Of a stretch of 64,000 bases of DNA, positions 56,132 to 64,000 are shown piece after piece (positions within the stretch are counted from its first letter, which is position 1; every line of letters starts with the position of its first letter). Position numbers and translations under genes: made by a program. This DNA comes from Thermotogota bacterium (GTDB taxonomy: Bacteria > Thermotogota > Thermotogae > Petrotogales > Petrotogaceae). The stretch spans positions 15,309 to 79,308 of the forward strand of contig JBNJGY010000004.1 of the NCBI GenBank assembly GCA_051748045.1, in the 5' to 3' direction. The notes beneath the pieces are model-generated. The model was given only the letters and a program-made list of their open reading frames with translations. It was not told the origin of the DNA and did no database searches.

Positions 56132-58825
56132 TCATTTTTTCATTTTCTTTTGAAATATTGCTATTAATTGTAAAAAAATATTAGGAATTACTGCTCCTAT
56201 TACAACATAACTCCACATATTTAAAGAAAGAGCAGTTGTTTGAAGTATTCCTTGTAAAAAAGGTGTATATACTGCAATAATTTGAAGCGCTAAAGTCAAT
56301 ACTAAAGAACCGATCAGATATGGATTTTTAAAAAAGGTTTTATCATAACCCAGGCCATTTTTCCTTCTAACATTAAATACTTGTAATAGATGGACAATAG
56401 CCAAAGTCATAAACCCTATAGTTCTCGCTGTTGCTAATTCAAACCCTTGATTTAAAGAAAACATATAAGAGATTAAAGGACCGATTGCAAGAATAAGGCC
56501 TTGAAACCCAATAAGAAATTTATATCTGTTTGTTATAATTGGAGATTTTGGATTCCGAGGTTTTTTCTCCATAACTTTATCTTCTGGTTTTTCCCAAGCC
56601 ATAGCTAAAGCTGGAAATACCCCTGTTGCAACATTTAGCCATAATATTTGAAGCGCAACAAGAGGAGTAGGTAATCCAAAGATAATTGATAAAAATATAA
56701 ATATAATTTCACTAAAATTACATGAAAGCAAATAGTGTATAAATTTTTGAATATTATCAAAAATAACTCTTCCTTGTCTTACAGCTTCTACTATTGTACT
56801 AAATCTATCATCTAATAAAACCATATCAGAAGCCTCTTTTGCAACACTTGTTCCCCTTACGCCCATTGAAACACCTATATCAGCTTTTTTTAAGGCTGGA
56901 GCATCATTAACCCCATCTCCTGTCATTGCAACTATTTCATTCTTTTCTTTTAAAGCATTTATCACATTTAATTTATCTTTAGGTGCTACACGCGGGAAGA
57001 CAGATCTTTTATTCAATTTTTCTTTTAATTCTTCAATTGAGAATTCGTCTAAATCAGTGTTATTTTCTAAGTCATATTCAGAATTATCAATACCAATTTT
57101 CTTTGCTATACTTATTGCTGTTTCTTTTTGATCCCCTGTTAGCATAATAGTTCTTATACCAGCTTTTGAAGCTACCTCGATTGAGTCTTTAACCCCTTCT
57201 CTTGGTGGATCTATCATACCAACGAATCCAAGAAATATCAAATTACCTTTGACTTCATTTCCTATATCGTCATTAACATCTTCTTTATATGCTATTGCTA
57301 ATACTCTAAAACTATCTTTCGCCAATTGCATATTTTTATTTTGTAATTCTTTCTTTTTATTGTCAGTTAGTTTTATTATTTCATTATTTTGATAAACTCT
57401 ATCACACATGTCTAGTACAACTTCAGGAGCCCCTTTTAAAAACAAATTTTCATCTTCTTGGGGTGTTTGAGATATAATAGCCATATATTTACGTTTTGGA
57501 TCAAAAGGAATTTCTTCTTCACGTGGATATTCTTTTTCTAAATTTTGCCTTTCATAACCAGCTTTTTTAGCAGCAACTATTAAAGAACCTTCTGTGGGAT
57601 CTCCAATAATTTCCCATTGATCTTTCTCATTTTTATTTAAAACAGCTTCAGAGCATAGAACTCCTATTTTTAAAATCAAAGATAATGCTTCATCTTTTGT
57701 GGGATCTAGTTTTTCGTTTCCTTCGCTAAAATCTCCTTCAGGCTTATATCCAACTCCAGAAACATTTATCTCTCTATTACCTACAATTATTTTTTGTAAT
57801 GTCATCTCGTTTTCTGTTAAAGTGCCTGTTTTATCAACACAAAAAACTGTAGAAGAACCCAATGTTTCAACAGCAGGAAGATTTCTCATTAATGCTTTTT
57901 TCTTTGCCATTCTATTCATACCTATCGCTAAAGTTATTGTCGCTGCTGCAGGAAGACCTTCTGGTACTGCAGCAATAGCCAAAGCAATTGATGTTTTTAG
58001 CATATCTAATAAAGGTTTACCGGTAAGATATCCAATAAATGCAACTATACCTGTTATGATCAAAGTTATAATTATAAGGTATCTTCCAGTTTGTTCTAAT
58101 CTTTTTTCAAGTGGTGTATCTTCATCTTCAGTTTCTTGAAGCATTTTTGAAATTTTACCAATTTGTGCTTCTTGACCTGTAGAAGTTACAAGAAATTTCC
58201 CGTTTCCTTTAATAACTTTAGACCCCATAAATACCATGTTTTTTTGATCAGCTATATCTACTTTTTCTTCACTTTGCAAAACTTCTATACTCTTTTCTAC
58301 GGAATCGGATTCTCCAGTAAGCATAGCTTCATCAACAGCAAGATTTTCTGCTTCTACTAAACGGCCATCAGCAGGAATCTTATCTCCTTCTTCAAGAAGG
58401 ATAAGATCCCCCACAACTATTTTTCTTGTATATATATTTGAAATTTCTCCGTTTCTTATTACTTTCGCCTTAGGTTGAACTGTTTTCTTCAAGGCTTCTA
58501 TAGATTTCCCAGCCTTATATTCCATTATTAAACCCAAAATAGCTGTAATTAAAATTACAACTAAAACAGCAATTCCCTCTACAACTTCTCCAATAAAAAA
58601 AGATGCGATGGCAGCTGCAGTAAGCAAAAGCATGACTATGCTTTTGAATTGTCTTATGAAAATTTCCCACATCGAAATTTTTTTCTTTTCTGCTAAACGA
58701 TTTTGTCCATATTTCTCCAACCTTTTTTTTGCATTTCGGGAAGAAAGACCTTTATTTTTATCCGTGGAAAAATCCTTTTCAACATCTTCAATTGTTTTAA
58801 AATAAATTTGGTTTTCTTTATTCAT
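56132..58825 (-). CDS. Cation-transporting P-type ATPase (type II)
   Basis: LTGES, PEGLP, DKTGTLT, KGAPE, TGD, GDGVNDAPAL. ATG 58825 after AAGGAG. Confidence 0.93.
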   Translation of the reverse strand: MNKENQIYFKTIEDVEKDFSTDKNKGLSSRNAKKRLEKYGQNRLAEKKKISMWEIFIRQFKSIVMLLLTAAAIASFFIGEVVEGIAVLVVILITAILGLIMEYKAGKSIEALKKTVQPKAKVIRNGEISNIYTRKIVVGDLILLEEGDKIPADGRLVEAENLAVDEAMLTGESDSVEKSIEVLQSEEKVDIADQKNMVFMGSKVIKGNGKFLVTSTGQEAQIGKISKMLQETEDEDTPLEKRLEQTGRYLIIITLIITGIVAFIGYLTGKPLLDMLKTSIALAIAAVPEGLPAAATITLAIGMNRMAKKKALMRNLPAVETLGSSTVFCVDKTGTLTENEMTLQKIIVGNREINVSGVGYKPEGDFSEGNEKLDPTKDEALSLILKIGVLCSEAVLNKNEKDQWEIIGDPTEGSLIVAAKKAGYERQNLEKEYPREEEIPFDPKRKYMAIISQTPQEDENLFLKGAPEVVLDMCDRVYQNNEIIKLTDNKKKELQNKNMQLAKDSFRVLAIAYKEDVNDDIGNEVKGNLIFLGFVGMIDPPREGVKDSIEVASKAGIRTIMLTGDQKETAISIAKKIGIDNSEYDLENNTDLDEFSIEELKEKLNKRSVFPRVAPKDKLNVINALKEKNEIVAMTGDGVNDAPALKKADIGVSMGVRGTSVAKEASDMVLLDDRFSTIVEAVRQGRVIFDNIQKFIHYLLSCNFSEIIFIFLSIIFGLPTPLVALQILWLNVATGVFPALAMAWEKPEDKVMEKKPRNPKSPIITNRYKFLIGFQGLILAIGPLISYMFSLNQGFELATARTIGFMTLAIVHLLQVFNVRRKNGLGYDKTFFKNPYLIGSLVLTLALQIIAVYTPFLQGILQTTALSLNMWSYVVIGAVIPNIFLQLIAIFQKKMKK

Positions 58826-59020
58826 ATAAATCTCCTTATAACAATAGTTTGTATTTTCAAATTTCAATATTATAATCACATTATCCTTTATAATTATTAT
58901 AACAAAAAATTACACCGTCAAGTAAAAATTAATCCCCATTCTTAATTTTCCGAATGAGGATTTTTGGAAACAAGTTTATGTTTTATTCCTTTTTTAATAA
59001 AAGTAGGCTCGTATAAAATT

Positions 59021-60340
59021 CTATATTTGAAAAAATTTAATTCCACCTTTTCCATTTTTCTTTATATCATACATAGATGAATCAGCGTTATTTAATAACT
59101 CTTCACTATTTTTACCATTCTCTGGATATATTGATACACCGATAGAAGAATTAACATTACATTCAATATTTCCTATTTGTATAACTTGTTTTATCTTTTC
59201 ATGAACTCTATTAACTAAATAAATTAAATCTTTTTTATTTTCTATATTTCGAATGATCATGGTGAATTCATCACCACCCATTCTAGCTATTGTATCTGAA
59301 TCTCTAATAATTTCTGATAAACGACGCCCCACTACCTTTAAAACTTCATCCCCAACTTCATGACCATAGTTATCGTTTATATCTTTGAATCCGTCTAAAT
59401 CTAAGAATAGAATTGCAAATTGATTATTATCTCTTTCGCTTTCAGATACTACTCTTTCTAATCTTTCAAAAAATAATCTTCTGTTAGGTAACTCTGTTAA
59501 TTTATCGTAATTAGCCTGTTTCTGTAATTCTTTTTCAAGTTTTTTACGTTCAGTAATATCATTAGAAGAACCTACTATATGGGATACTCTCCCTTCTTCA
59601 AAAATAGGGGTTAATGTTGTATTCCAAATACGATCTCCCCCAGGCAAACTGAGTTCTTCTTCATATTTTATGCTTCTTCTATTATCTACACAATTCTGAT
59701 AATTTTTTGAAACAATATCTCCCATTTCTTTACCTAGTAAATCCTGAGGAGATTTATTCATTATCTGCTCAAGAGAAATTTTTGTTTTAACTTGATGGGC
59801 AACGTTGTTTCTAATAAATCTAAATTCTCCATCTTCTAAGACTTTTATTAGAAACATAGCATCTTGAGTTCCATTAAATACTTTTTCATACTCTTCTTTT
59901 AATCTAGAAATCTCTTTTTCTGCATTTTTTAATTCAGTTATATCTGTATGAGCACCCAACATACGAAGGGGTTTTCCATTTTTCCCTCTAATAGCCATAC
60001 CTCTACATCTAATCCAAACAGTAGAACCACTTTTATGCTGATATCTAACTATTTGATCATATGGATGGTTAGGATCCTTTAAGTGCTTATCAAGATTTTC
60101 CCCTGCAGTTTTCAAGTCTTCTTGAAAAATTATGTCTTGCCATTCGCCTGCTAAGTGTTTTTTCTCTTCAGGATCATACCCTAATGTTTCCCAAAATTTT
60201 GGACTCATCCATTCATTTTCAAGTTTTTCTAAGTCCCAATACCAAATTCCATCCAAAGACCCCGATTGTATAAATTCAAAAATGCTAGAATCTTCCTTTA
60301 TTAAATTGTATAGTTCATTTTTTAAGTAATTTTCTTTCAT
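59021..60340 (-). CDS. PAS-PAS-GGDEF diguanylate cyclase
   Basis: SLDGIWYWDL PAS/PAC, a second PAS, DLDGFKDIND.YGH, RDSD I-site, RMGGDEF. Confidence 0.92.
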   Translation of the reverse strand: MKENYLKNELYNLIKEDSSIFEFIQSGSLDGIWYWDLEKLENEWMSPKFWETLGYDPEEKKHLAGEWQDIIFQEDLKTAGENLDKHLKDPNHPYDQIVRYQHKSGSTVWIRCRGMAIRGKNGKPLRMLGAHTDITELKNAEKEISRLKEEYEKVFNGTQDAMFLIKVLEDGEFRFIRNNVAHQVKTKISLEQIMNKSPQDLLGKEMGDIVSKNYQNCVDNRRSIKYEEELSLPGGDRIWNTTLTPIFEEGRVSHIVGSSNDITERKKLEKELQKQANYDKLTELPNRRLFFERLERVVSESERDNNQFAILFLDLDGFKDINDNYGHEVGDEVLKVVGRRLSEIIRDSDTIARMGGDEFTMIIRNIENKKDLIYLVNRVHEKIKQVIQIGNIECNVNSSIGVSIYPENGKNSEELLNNADSSMYDIKKNGKGGIKFFQI

Positions 60341-60420
60341 TACAGAACTCCCTTTTTTTTATCATTATTTTGAAAACATTTATATTAATTTAATTCTAAC
60401 TAATTTCAGTAATATTATTA

Positions 60421-62049
60421 TTACTTATGGGTAATATTTTTCAAAACTTTTTCGTAAGCTAATTTACCTGTAAGAACAGAAACAGGAACTCCAGAAGGGC
60501 TGAAAGACCATTGTCCTGCTTGAAAAATATTTGAAAACGGGGTAAAAACACTTTTATTAATTCTTATCATCTCACTTTCTGAAGGCATTTCTTGATTATC
60601 AAAAGACCATCCAGTTATTGCCCCCTGGAAATTTGAAGTATATCTTTCAATAGTCTTAGGAGTAGAACAGGATGTTTTAATTATTTTTCCTTCTAACTCG
60701 GTAAAAAGATTTTTGGTAATAACCTCTATAATTTTTCCAGAGCAAAGACTCTTAAACTCATCATAAAAATTGTTATCATAGAAAAATTTGGTAATATTAT
60801 AACCAATCAAAGTACTCACTATTACACCAGTTTTACCTTTTGGTGCAAGAATCTCGTCTCTTAAAACCGGGAAAGATATTTCGTATGTTGTATTCTCTAG
60901 ATATTCACTTATTTTTTCAAATAGAATGCGTTTAATCTCTTCTAGGTTATTGTCATTATTTCTTATCAATGAATTAAAATCATTTTCTAAATCTATATCA
61001 CCAGTTCCCTTGGTCGTCGGTGTGTAAAAAAGATGTGGATTAGTCATTTTTTCAAAATATTCTTTTTCTTTATCTGCATAAACAAAAACAGTCAAGACTG
61101 ACTCGTTGGCTGATTTATTATCCACAAGTTCTTTCTTTTTTTTGTAATTATCCAGTATCTTCTTTTTTTCTATTCCATTTGTGTTTATTATATTATAGAA
61201 AGTTCTCAAATCAGCAGCCCATATCATTTCTTTGAAGAAATAATTATCCCCATCGGCTGTTTTTAAAATTCCTTCGTTTGGTATTATTTCAGTAACCTCT
61301 GTACTAATTAAAATTTCTCCTCTGTTTTCAAGAGTATACTTTTCCATCTCTTTTGCAAAAGTATAAGTTCCTCCTTTAGGATAGTAATAATCTAGATATG
61401 ATCCAAAATAACTCAAAGCGAAAAAGGTTGGGGTATTCTTGAAAAAAAGTTGAGTTATCATATCTATCAATTTTTGATTTTGTGTGAAGCTCTTCAAAAA
61501 ATCTTGAACTGGTATATTCAACTTTTTTATTTTTTTCATGTTTTTTTGGTATTTAATAAACCAGGGAAGTAGTGTTTTAAAGAGATATTTTTTGTTTTTC
61601 ATATAGTCTATAAACAAAGGGTTGTCTATACCATACAAAACATCCATATAATCTATAATTTTCTTAATTTCATTCACAATATTTTTAATTTCTTGTTTAC
61701 TCTCAGGGAATTTTTCTATGAGAACTTCCCCATACTCATCTATTTTTCCCTCAGAATCAAAACTAACTATTTTATTTTCTATCCCCAAAGAAACATTACT
61801 TTTTATAAACTCTATATTTATCCCCAATTGTTTCAACATGGGAAATATTATTCCAGAATTCTCAAAAGCCCTTACTCCAGCATCAAAAACAAAACCTTCA
61901 TCTTTAAACGTGCTGATTAAACCACCTGTCTTTGGTTGTTTTTCAATTAATAACGTTTTTAATCCTTTTTTTGCAGAATAAGCTGAGGCAGTTAAACCAG
62001 CAATTCCTCCTCCAACTATTATTACATCATAAAAATTGTTTTTATTCAT
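60421..62049 (-). CDS. CrtI/retinol-saturase-like FAD-dependent oxidoreductase (COG1233-type), downstream copy
   Basis: IIVGGGIAGL, EK...GG, FDAG, STPKTIERY...GAITGW, QAGQW..PSG.P. Confidence 0.85.
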   Translation of the reverse strand: MNKNNFYDVIIVGGGIAGLTASAYSAKKGLKTLLIEKQPKTGGLISTFKDEGFVFDAGVRAFENSGIIFPMLKQLGINIEFIKSNVSLGIENKIVSFDSEGKIDEYGEVLIEKFPESKQEIKNIVNEIKKIIDYMDVLYGIDNPLFIDYMKNKKYLFKTLLPWFIKYQKNMKKIKKLNIPVQDFLKSFTQNQKLIDMITQLFFKNTPTFFALSYFGSYLDYYYPKGGTYTFAKEMEKYTLENRGEILISTEVTEIIPNEGILKTADGDNYFFKEMIWAADLRTFYNIINTNGIEKKKILDNYKKKKELVDNKSANESVLTVFVYADKEKEYFEKMTNPHLFYTPTTKGTGDIDLENDFNSLIRNNDNNLEEIKRILFEKISEYLENTTYEISFPVLRDEILAPKGKTGVIVSTLIGYNITKFFYDNNFYDEFKSLCSGKIIEVITKNLFTELEGKIIKTSCSTPKTIERYTSNFQGAITGWSFDNQEMPSESEMIRINKSVFTPFSNIFQAGQWSFSPSGVPVSVLTGKLAYEKVLKNITHK

Positions 62050-62092
62050 AACCTCCACCCCTTTGAAAAACTATTATATAAAGTGAAATTTA

Positions 62093-63697
62093 TTAAGTAT
62101 ATTTTCTTTGCTTTTCTATATTTTTTATGGCTCTATTGGCTGCTACTTTACCAGTCAAAATACTTATAGGTACTCCCGAAGGGCTATAAGTCCACTGGCC
62201 AGCTTGCAATATATCGGGAATAGGTGTAAAACAGGTTTTATTTATTTTAAGCATTTTTGCTACTGCTGGTATAAAATCATTTGTATAGGCCCATCCATTT
62301 ATCGCACCATCAAGATTCCCGCTTAATTTTTCTATTGTTAGGGGAGTTGAGCTAAAACTATAAATCACTTTTCCTTTTATACCCTTATAAATACTATTAT
62401 CAAGAACCTCTATAATCTTTCCTTCTGTAAAACTCTTAAATCCTTCATAAAAACCAAGTTTTTTCACATTATTAATAAAATCATAATCCATCAAAACGCT
62501 TATAATGAGTCCTGTTTTTCCTTTTGGAGCTAATTTTTCATTCCTCAATACTGGAATGGAAATTTCATATGTTGTGTATTCTAAATAATTACTAATCCAT
62601 TTTTTTATATAATCTTTGTCTTCTGATTTGATTACAGATGATAAATTTCCAAAAATATTTGATTGGCCTTCTTTTCTAGGCGTGTAAAAAAAATGCCCTG
62701 TGGATATTTTTGAAAAATACTCTTTTTCTATATCCACTGCTAAAAACAATGTATAAACAGAATCTCCGCCTCTTTTTCCAGAAATTAGACTTTTCTGTTT
62801 TTCTACATTTGTTTTGATTTTCTTATCTTTAACAGTTTCCATATCTATAGATTTGTAGAGTTTATTAGTATCAGAAGCCCAAATCAATTGATCGTAATCA
62901 AAAGTATTGTTATTTACATAAAAAATCCTTTTATTAAAAACGTCTATTTTACTTATTTCTGTGGATACTTTTATATCTCCTCCATTCTTTAGAATATAAT
63001 CTTTCAACTTTTCTACGATATTGTATGTCCCTTCTTTGGGGTATTCATAATCCATATACATGTTGAAATAGTTCAATGCGAAAGACGCTGGTATATCTCT
63101 AAAAAAATGTTGGGTTATAATATCTATCAATGATTTATTGTCAGTAAAATCTTCTAGATAATCATTTACAGGTTTATTGTATTTTTTACTTCTTAATGAT
63201 TTCACAAGAAATTTGAACAACCATGGCAACAATTTTTTAAAAATATACTCTCTGTCGTTTTTCAAGTCTTTGAACAAAGGATTTTCAATTTCGTTCATTA
63301 TTTTCATATTGTTCATAACTTTTTTCATTTCTTCTATGATTTTGTATATGTCACTTTTACTTTCAGGAAAAAGGTTCAACAATATCCCCCTATAATCATC
63401 CAGACAGTTTTTCCCTTTAATTTTCATAAATTCTTTTTCAATACCAAGACTTACTTCACTTTTTACAAAATCAACTTTTACCCCAAGTTGTTTAAGCATA
63501 GGCTTAACAATACCAGAGTTTATAATCCCTCTAACTCCTCCATCATATAAAAATCCATCAAGGTAGAAAGATTTTATCAATCCACCAACCTTTTTTTCTT
63601 TTTCGCAGATTAATATTTTATATCCCTTTCTAACGAGAAAAGCTGCACTTGTTAAGCCTGCTATACCTCCACCTACAATGATCGCATCATATCTCAT
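62093..63697 (-). CDS. CrtI/retinol-saturase-like FAD-dependent oxidoreductase (COG1233-type), upstream copy
   Basis: Same motif set; full-length paralogue of the neighbouring gene. Confidence 0.85.
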   Translation of the reverse strand: MRYDAIIVGGGIAGLTSAAFLVRKGYKILICEKEKKVGGLIKSFYLDGFLYDGGVRGIINSGIVKPMLKQLGVKVDFVKSEVSLGIEKEFMKIKGKNCLDDYRGILLNLFPESKSDIYKIIEEMKKVMNNMKIMNEIENPLFKDLKNDREYIFKKLLPWLFKFLVKSLRSKKYNKPVNDYLEDFTDNKSLIDIITQHFFRDIPASFALNYFNMYMDYEYPKEGTYNIVEKLKDYILKNGGDIKVSTEISKIDVFNKRIFYVNNNTFDYDQLIWASDTNKLYKSIDMETVKDKKIKTNVEKQKSLISGKRGGDSVYTLFLAVDIEKEYFSKISTGHFFYTPRKEGQSNIFGNLSSVIKSEDKDYIKKWISNYLEYTTYEISIPVLRNEKLAPKGKTGLIISVLMDYDFINNVKKLGFYEGFKSFTEGKIIEVLDNSIYKGIKGKVIYSFSSTPLTIEKLSGNLDGAINGWAYTNDFIPAVAKMLKINKTCFTPIPDILQAGQWTYSPSGVPISILTGKVAANRAIKNIEKQRKYT

Positions 63698-63700
63698 TGA

Positions 63701-64000
63701 TCATCCACTCTCTTTGGATAAACCTGTCATTTCTAGACTTAAATCCCAAATTTTCTTTTGCATATCTTTGTCTAAAGCGTGTTTCGCTGGTTTTTCTTCA
63801 TTGGTTAGGTTAAAAAATCTACCTGTAACGTTTTCAAGATCATTTGATGAGGCTAAATAATAAATAGCGTCTCCAGAAATTTTTGGGTCTTTTAAAAAAT
63901 GCCACGTTACATTGTGTAAAAACCACTTATATAATTTCCCATTATTACTTCCTATATTAGTTCTAACACCTCCTGGGTGTAATGCATTTATTGTTACTCC
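63701..64000 (-). CDS. Short-chain dehydrogenase/reductase, retinol-DH/WWOX-like (3' part only)
   Basis: Not in the ORF track. Manual translation GVTINALHPGGVRTNIG...YYLASS..LENVTGRFF...KKIWDLSLEMTG; the stop is 3 nt from the next ATG. Confidence 0.8.
   Translation of the reverse strand, partial: GVTINALHPGGVRTNIGSNNGKLYKWFLHNVTWHFLKDPKISGDAIYYLASSNDLENVTGRFFNLTNEEKPAKHALDKDMQKKIWDLSLEMTGLSKESG

Noticed and set aside
1..64000. CRISPR array, IS elements, prophage or recognised defence genes
   Set aside because: No spaced direct repeats, transposase, integrase or cas-like ORFs recognised. The WYL gene's neighbours are not known defence effectors.

Overview
Very AT-rich bacterial chromosomal window. 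Gene content and protein sequences point to Thermotogota, most plausibly Petrotogales (inferred by eye from the TM1459-like cupin after jag, spoVS alongside a diderm-type YidC, and the RsmH and RF2 N-termini; no search was run). About 1-49.6 kb is mostly housekeeping and metabolic: secD-yajC, rpmH-rnpA-yidD-yidC-jag, dprA, glgB, a LacI-controlled galactose cluster, ppdK with two tandem oadB copies and an incomplete 2-oxoacid:ferredoxin oxidoreductase, tRNA-Asp, holA, ftsI-ftsL-rsmH, secA-prfB, tlyA, truA and a phosphomutase. About 49.7-64 kb looks accessory: a WYL regulator module, an Fe-S flavoprotein/flavodoxin/ASCH-like/epimerase operon, an atypical P-type ATPase, a diguanylate cyclase, and an SDR followed by two CrtI/RetSat-like FAD oxidoreductases. 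No CRISPR array, rRNA, transposase or phage gene was recognised. Best leads: the SDR plus paired CrtI-like operon; the oadB tandem duplication with copied promoter and terminator and a D/N difference in the ion-binding helix; three matching LacI-type operators, one intragenic; a WYL regulator with an ATT start and a palindromic site over its own stop codon; a second gene with an apparent ATC start; and a P-type ATPase lacking the SERCA D800-equivalent ligand. All functional interpretations are hypotheses from manual reading.
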